A DNA stretch of 64,000 nt from the NCBI GenBank assembly GCA_963817385.1, contig CAWFOM010000006.1, forward strand, positions 96,001 through 160,000. Direction: 5' to 3'. The notes under the pieces were generated by a model. It did not search any database. It was not told where the DNA came from and saw only the letters and a program-made list of their open reading frames with translations. This document shows, piece by piece, positions 60,432 to 64,000 of the stretch; positions within the stretch are counted from its first letter, which is position 1, and each line of letters begins with the position of its first letter. The DNA is from an uncultured delta proteobacterium (GTDB lineage: Bacteria; Desulfobacterota; Syntrophia; Syntrophales; UBA5619). The position numbers were made by a program, and so were the translations under genes.

Positions 60432-61695
60432 ATGCAACTTGTCCTCATCGGCATGAACCATAAGTCGGCCCCTCTCGATATCCGGGAGCGGCTGCAGCTC
60501 TCCTGCGGGGAAGGTGCACACCAGCCTCTCCCGGAGCTGATGCACCTGGCGGAGATCCGGGAGGCGCTCTACCTTTCCACCTGCAACCGGGTCGAGGTCC
60601 TCGCCCGCGTCGCGGACGGGGAGGGGGCCGTCGCTGGGTTGAAGTCCTTTATCTATGGCCAGGGGAACCTCAGTGTCGCCGAGCTGGAGCGATGCCTTTA
60701 CATCTACCGGGATCTGGAGGCGGTCCGCCATCTGTTCCGCGTGACGTCGAGCCTCGATTCCATGATCATGGGCGAACCGCAGATCCTGGGGCAGATGAAG
60801 GAAGCCTACCGCATGGCGGTCGATAACCGGACGACGGGGATCCTCCTCAACCGACTCTCCCACCACGCCTTTCAGGTGGCCAAGCGGGTTCGGACGGAGA
60901 CGGGGATCGCCGGCAACGCCGTATCCGTCAGTTACGCGGCGGTGGAGCTCGCGAAAAAGATCTTCGGCGATCTGAAAGGGAAAACGATCCTCCTGATCGG
61001 CGCCGGGGAGATGTCGGAGCTGGCCGCCCGCCACCTCATCCGCCAGGGGGTGGGCACGATCCACATCGCCAACCGGACCTATGTCCGGGCCGAGGAGATG
61101 GCCGCGGAGTTCCAGGGGGTTCCCGTCGCCTTCGACAAGTTTCCCGAGCTCCTGCCGGAGGTGGATATCGTCATCGCCTCCACCGGCGCTCCGGGTTATA
61201 TCATGAACGCGGAGATGGTGGCCACGGCGCTCGGGCGGAGGCGGAGACCGCCTGCTGTTTCTGATCGACATCGCCGTCCCCCGGGACATCGATCCCGCGG
61301 CGGGCGACATCGAAAACGTCTACCTCTACAATATCGACCACCTCCAGGATGTGGTCGATACCAATCGGGAAGTGCGAAGGGCGGAGGCGATGAAGGCGGA
61401 AGAGATCATCGCGGAGGAGGTTGCGGCCTTCGAGAAGTGGTACAATGCCCTGGAGGTTGTTCCCACGATCGTATCGCTGCGCGGGAAGATGGAGGGGATC
61501 GTCAAGGGGGAGCTGGAGAGATCCTCCCCGTGGATGAAGAACTTGGGCGAGGAGGAGCGAAATCGGGTCGAGATCCTGGTCGCCTCCATCGTCAACAAGA
61601 TCCTCCATGACCCCATGACCGGTCTCAAGGAGGAGAGCGGGGATAAGGACGCACTGCCGTTCGTGGCGGTCATCCGGAGACTGTTCAATCTGTGA
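60432..61695 (+). CDS. hemA: Glutamyl-tRNA reductase (frameshift at ~61250)
   Basis: GMNHKSAP..IRE, LSTCNRVE, SLDSM..GEPQILGQ, IGAGEM; FLIDIAVPRDID continues in the next frame. Confidence 0.93.
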
Positions 61696-61794
61696 TTCTG
61701 TCGTCAGGGCGACGCACCGTGCCCGGAAAAAGAGGAGAGCTTCCGACGGCGCCATCGGCTTTATAAGAATAGTGTCAACAGACAGGAGGACGAC

Positions 61795-62733
61795 ATCAAA
61801 GAGAAATTCAAGATCGGAACGAGGGGGAGCGCCCTGGCGCTGACGCAGTCCACGTGGGTGGCGGACAGCATCCGGAAGCGCCATCCCGGCGTCGAGGTGG
61901 AACTCGTCATCATCCGGACGAAGGGGGACATCATGGAGGATGTCTCCCTGGTCAAGCTCGGCGGGAAAGGGCTCTTCATCAAGGAGATCGAGGAGGCGCT
62001 CCTCAGGCGAGACGTCGATATCGCCGTCCACAGCATGAAGGACGTCCCCGCCGAGCTTCCCGATGAGCTGGAGATCGCCGTGACGCCGCCGCGGGAGGAT
62101 CCCCGGGACGTCCTGATCTCGCGAAACGACCGCAAACTGGAGGAGATGCCCCGCGGGGCGCGCATCGGGACCTGCTCGCTTCGGCGCGGGTTCCAGCTCC
62201 GCAACCGGATGCCGGATCTGGAGATCATTCCGCTCCGCGGAAACCTCGATACGAGGATCAAGAAGATCGAAACGGAGGGTCTCGACGGCGTGATCGTCGC
62301 GGCGGCGGGGATCCGGCGGATGGGGTGGGTCGCCAAGGTCTCCCAGTTCATCCCCGTGGAGATGATGCTTCCCGCCGTCGGGCAGGGGGTTCTCGGGATC
62401 GAGACGCGGCGGGGCGACGACCGCGTGCTGGAGGCGATCGCCTTTCTCAACGATCCGGTCACCGGGTGCGAGGCCGGCGCCGAGCGCGCCTTCCTGAAGC
62501 GCCTGGGCGGGGGCTGCCAGCTCCCGATCGCCGGCTATGCGAAGAAGACCGGGGAGAGCATCACTCTGGAGGGGCTGGTCGGGAGCGTCGACGGGCGGGT
62601 GATGATCCGCAATGTCGTGAAGGGTGCCGCCGATCAGTTTGACGCACTCGGCACGGGGCTCGCGGAGGAGATCCTGGGACGGGGCGGCCGCGCCCTCCTC
62701 GATGAGGTCTATCAGGAGGGGAACAACCATTAG
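61795..62733 (+). CDS. hemC: Porphobilinogen deaminase (hydroxymethylbilane synthase); apparent ATC start
   Basis: KIGTRGSALALTQ lies upstream of the ORF-track GTG; GGKGLFIKE, AVHSMKD, RGNLDTR, GGCQLP; AGGAGG 5 nt before ATC at 61795. Confidence 0.92.
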   Translation: MKEKFKIGTRGSALALTQSTWVADSIRKRHPGVEVELVIIRTKGDIMEDVSLVKLGGKGLFIKEIEEALLRRDVDIAVHSMKDVPAELPDELEIAVTPPREDPRDVLISRNDRKLEEMPRGARIGTCSLRRGFQLRNRMPDLEIIPLRGNLDTRIKKIETEGLDGVIVAAAGIRRMGWVAKVSQFIPVEMMLPAVGQGVLGIETRRGDDRVLEAIAFLNDPVTGCEAGAERAFLKRLGGGCQLPIAGYAKKTGESITLEGLVGSVDGRVMIRNVVKGAADQFDALGTGLAEEILGRGGRALLDEVYQEGNNH

Positions 62734-62799
62734 TTTTTTCCTTCACCCTGCTTTAGTCGGTATCGGGGAGAGGGTATTTGAGAAGATGAGAAGCGATTC

Positions 62800-64000
62800 A
62801 TGACGGAAAAGGGCAGGGTCACCATCATCGGCGCGGGACCGGGCGATCCGGGACTGATCACCCTCCGGGGGGTGCAGTGCATCCGGGAGGCGGAGGTGAT
62901 CGTCTACGACCATCTGGTGAGCCCGGAGATTCTCCGCCATGCGGGGGAGAAGGCCCGTCTGATCTATGCCGGCAAGCAGGGCGGAAAACATACCATTTCC
63001 CAGGAGGAGATCAACGACATCCTTGTGGCAGAGGCCGGGAAGGGGGCGATCGTCGCGAGGCTCAAGGGGGGAGATCCCTTCATCTTCGGCCGGGGCGGCG
63101 AGGAGGCGGAGGTCCTCCGGGAGGCGGGCATCCCGTTTGAGGTCGTCCCCGGGGTCACCTCCGCGGTCGCCGCGCCCGCCTATGCGGGGATCCCGCTTAC
63201 CCACCGGAGTCATACGGCCTCGGTGGCCTTCGTCACGGGCCATGAGGATCCGACCAAGGGGAAAAGCAGCCTCGACTGGCCGGCACTCGCCGGGATCGGG
63301 ACGCTCGTCGTCCTCATGGCGATCAAGAACCTCGCGGCGATCGCGGAGAAGCTGATCCGCCACGGGAAAGACGCGGCGACGCCGGCCGCCCTGATCCGCT
63401 GGGGGACGACGCCGGACCAGGAGACGCTGATCGGGACCCTCGGCGACATTGCCCGGAAAGCGGAAGAACGCGGATTTGCGCCACCCTCGGTCCTCGTCGT
63501 CGGCGGCGTGGTCGCCCTCCGCGAGACCCTCAACTGGTTCGAGACGAAGCCCCTCTTCGGCCGGGGGATCGTCATCACCCGGCCGGAGGCCCAGGCGGAG
63601 GGGCTTGCGGAACTCCTCCGGGCGGCCGGGGCGCGGGTGATCCCCTTTCCGGTGATCCGGATCGCGCCGCCCCAGAGCTGGGAGGAACTGGACCAGGCGC
63701 TCGACCGGCTCGAAGACTACCAATGGCTCATCTTCACGAGCGCCAACGGCGTGGCCTTCTTCTTCCGGCGGCTCCGGGAGAGTCGGCAGGGACATCCGCG
63801 ATCTCAAGGGGATCCGGATCGCCGCGATCGGCCCGGCGACGGCCTCGGCGGTCGAGGCGCGGGGGATCCGGGTGGATCTCGTTCCGGAGGAATTCGTCTC
63901 CGAGGGGGTGGTCAAGGCGTTCGCCGGGGAGGATCTCCGGGGAAGCCGGGCCCTCCTCCCGCGGGCCAAGGAGGCGCGCGACGTCATCCCCGAGGGGCTC
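62800..64000 (+). CDS. cobA: Uroporphyrinogen-III C-methyltransferase / synthase fusion (CobA-HemD); runs off the window; frameshift at ~63783
   Basis: Translated by eye: IIGAGPGDPGLIT, RLKGGDPFIFGRGGEE, VPGVTS, YAGIPLTHR, then HemD part ITRP..QA, WLIFTSANGV, AAIGPAT. Confidence 0.9.
   Translation, partial: MTEKGRVTIIGAGPGDPGLITLRGVQCIREAEVIVYDHLVSPEILRHAGEKARLIYAGKQGGKHTISQEEINDILVAEAGKGAIVARLKGGDPFIFGRGGEEAEVLREAGIPFEVVPGVTSAVAAPAYAGIPLTHRSHTASVAFVTGHEDPTKGKSSLDWPALAGIGTLVVLMAIKNLAAIAEKLIRHGKDAATPAALIRWGTTPDQETLIGTLGDIARKAEERGFAPPSVLVVGGVVALRETLNWFETKPLFGRGIVITRPEAQAEGLAELLRAAGARVIPFPVIRIAPPQSWEELDQALDRLEDYQWLIFTSANGVAFFFRRLRESRQGHPRSQGDPDRRDRPGDGLGGRGAGDPGGSRSGGIRLRGGGQGVRRGGSPGKPGPPPAGQGGARRHPRGA

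Overview
GC-rich bacterial DNA whose gene content and order (ctpA-yibQ-TPR-lolB-like; prmA-rsmE-RDD; sirC-ccsA-hemA-hemC-cobA/hemD) suggest an anaerobic Deltaproteobacterium (Desulfobacterota/Syntrophales-like; inference only). Housekeeping genes lie at both ends (1-12.3 kb and 56.3-64 kb). Between them is a ~44 kb accessory region ending at tRNA-Phe(GAA). It holds 5 tctC, 4 tctA and 4 tctB tripartite tricarboxylate transporter genes, an SsuA/TauA-like ABC transporter, and organic-acid enzymes (AtuA/DUF1446 + DUF4387, PrpD, a TcuA-like flavoprotein, a ThDP enzyme, Zn-ADH, Ldh_2, a 2-hydroxyacid dehydrogenase, FAH, Gfo/Idh/MocA, a tautomerase). Main observations: (i) five promoters in this region share one extended promoter/operator-like architecture; (ii) a compositionally distinct carboxypeptidase-regulatory/PDZ gene sits behind one of these promoters, next to a glcD remnant; (iii) an integration-scar zone beside tRNA-Phe carries a 3' half tRNA-Thr(CGT), IHF-like sites and arm-like repeats but no integrase; (iv) a candidate attenuator-type RNA switch; (v) hemC appears to start at ATC; (vi) several MITE/REP-like elements. 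About 11 single-base frameshifts, some in housekeeping genes, most likely reflect assembly indel errors. No CRISPR array, rRNA, transposase or integrase was seen. All family assignments come from motif recognition by eye, not database searches.
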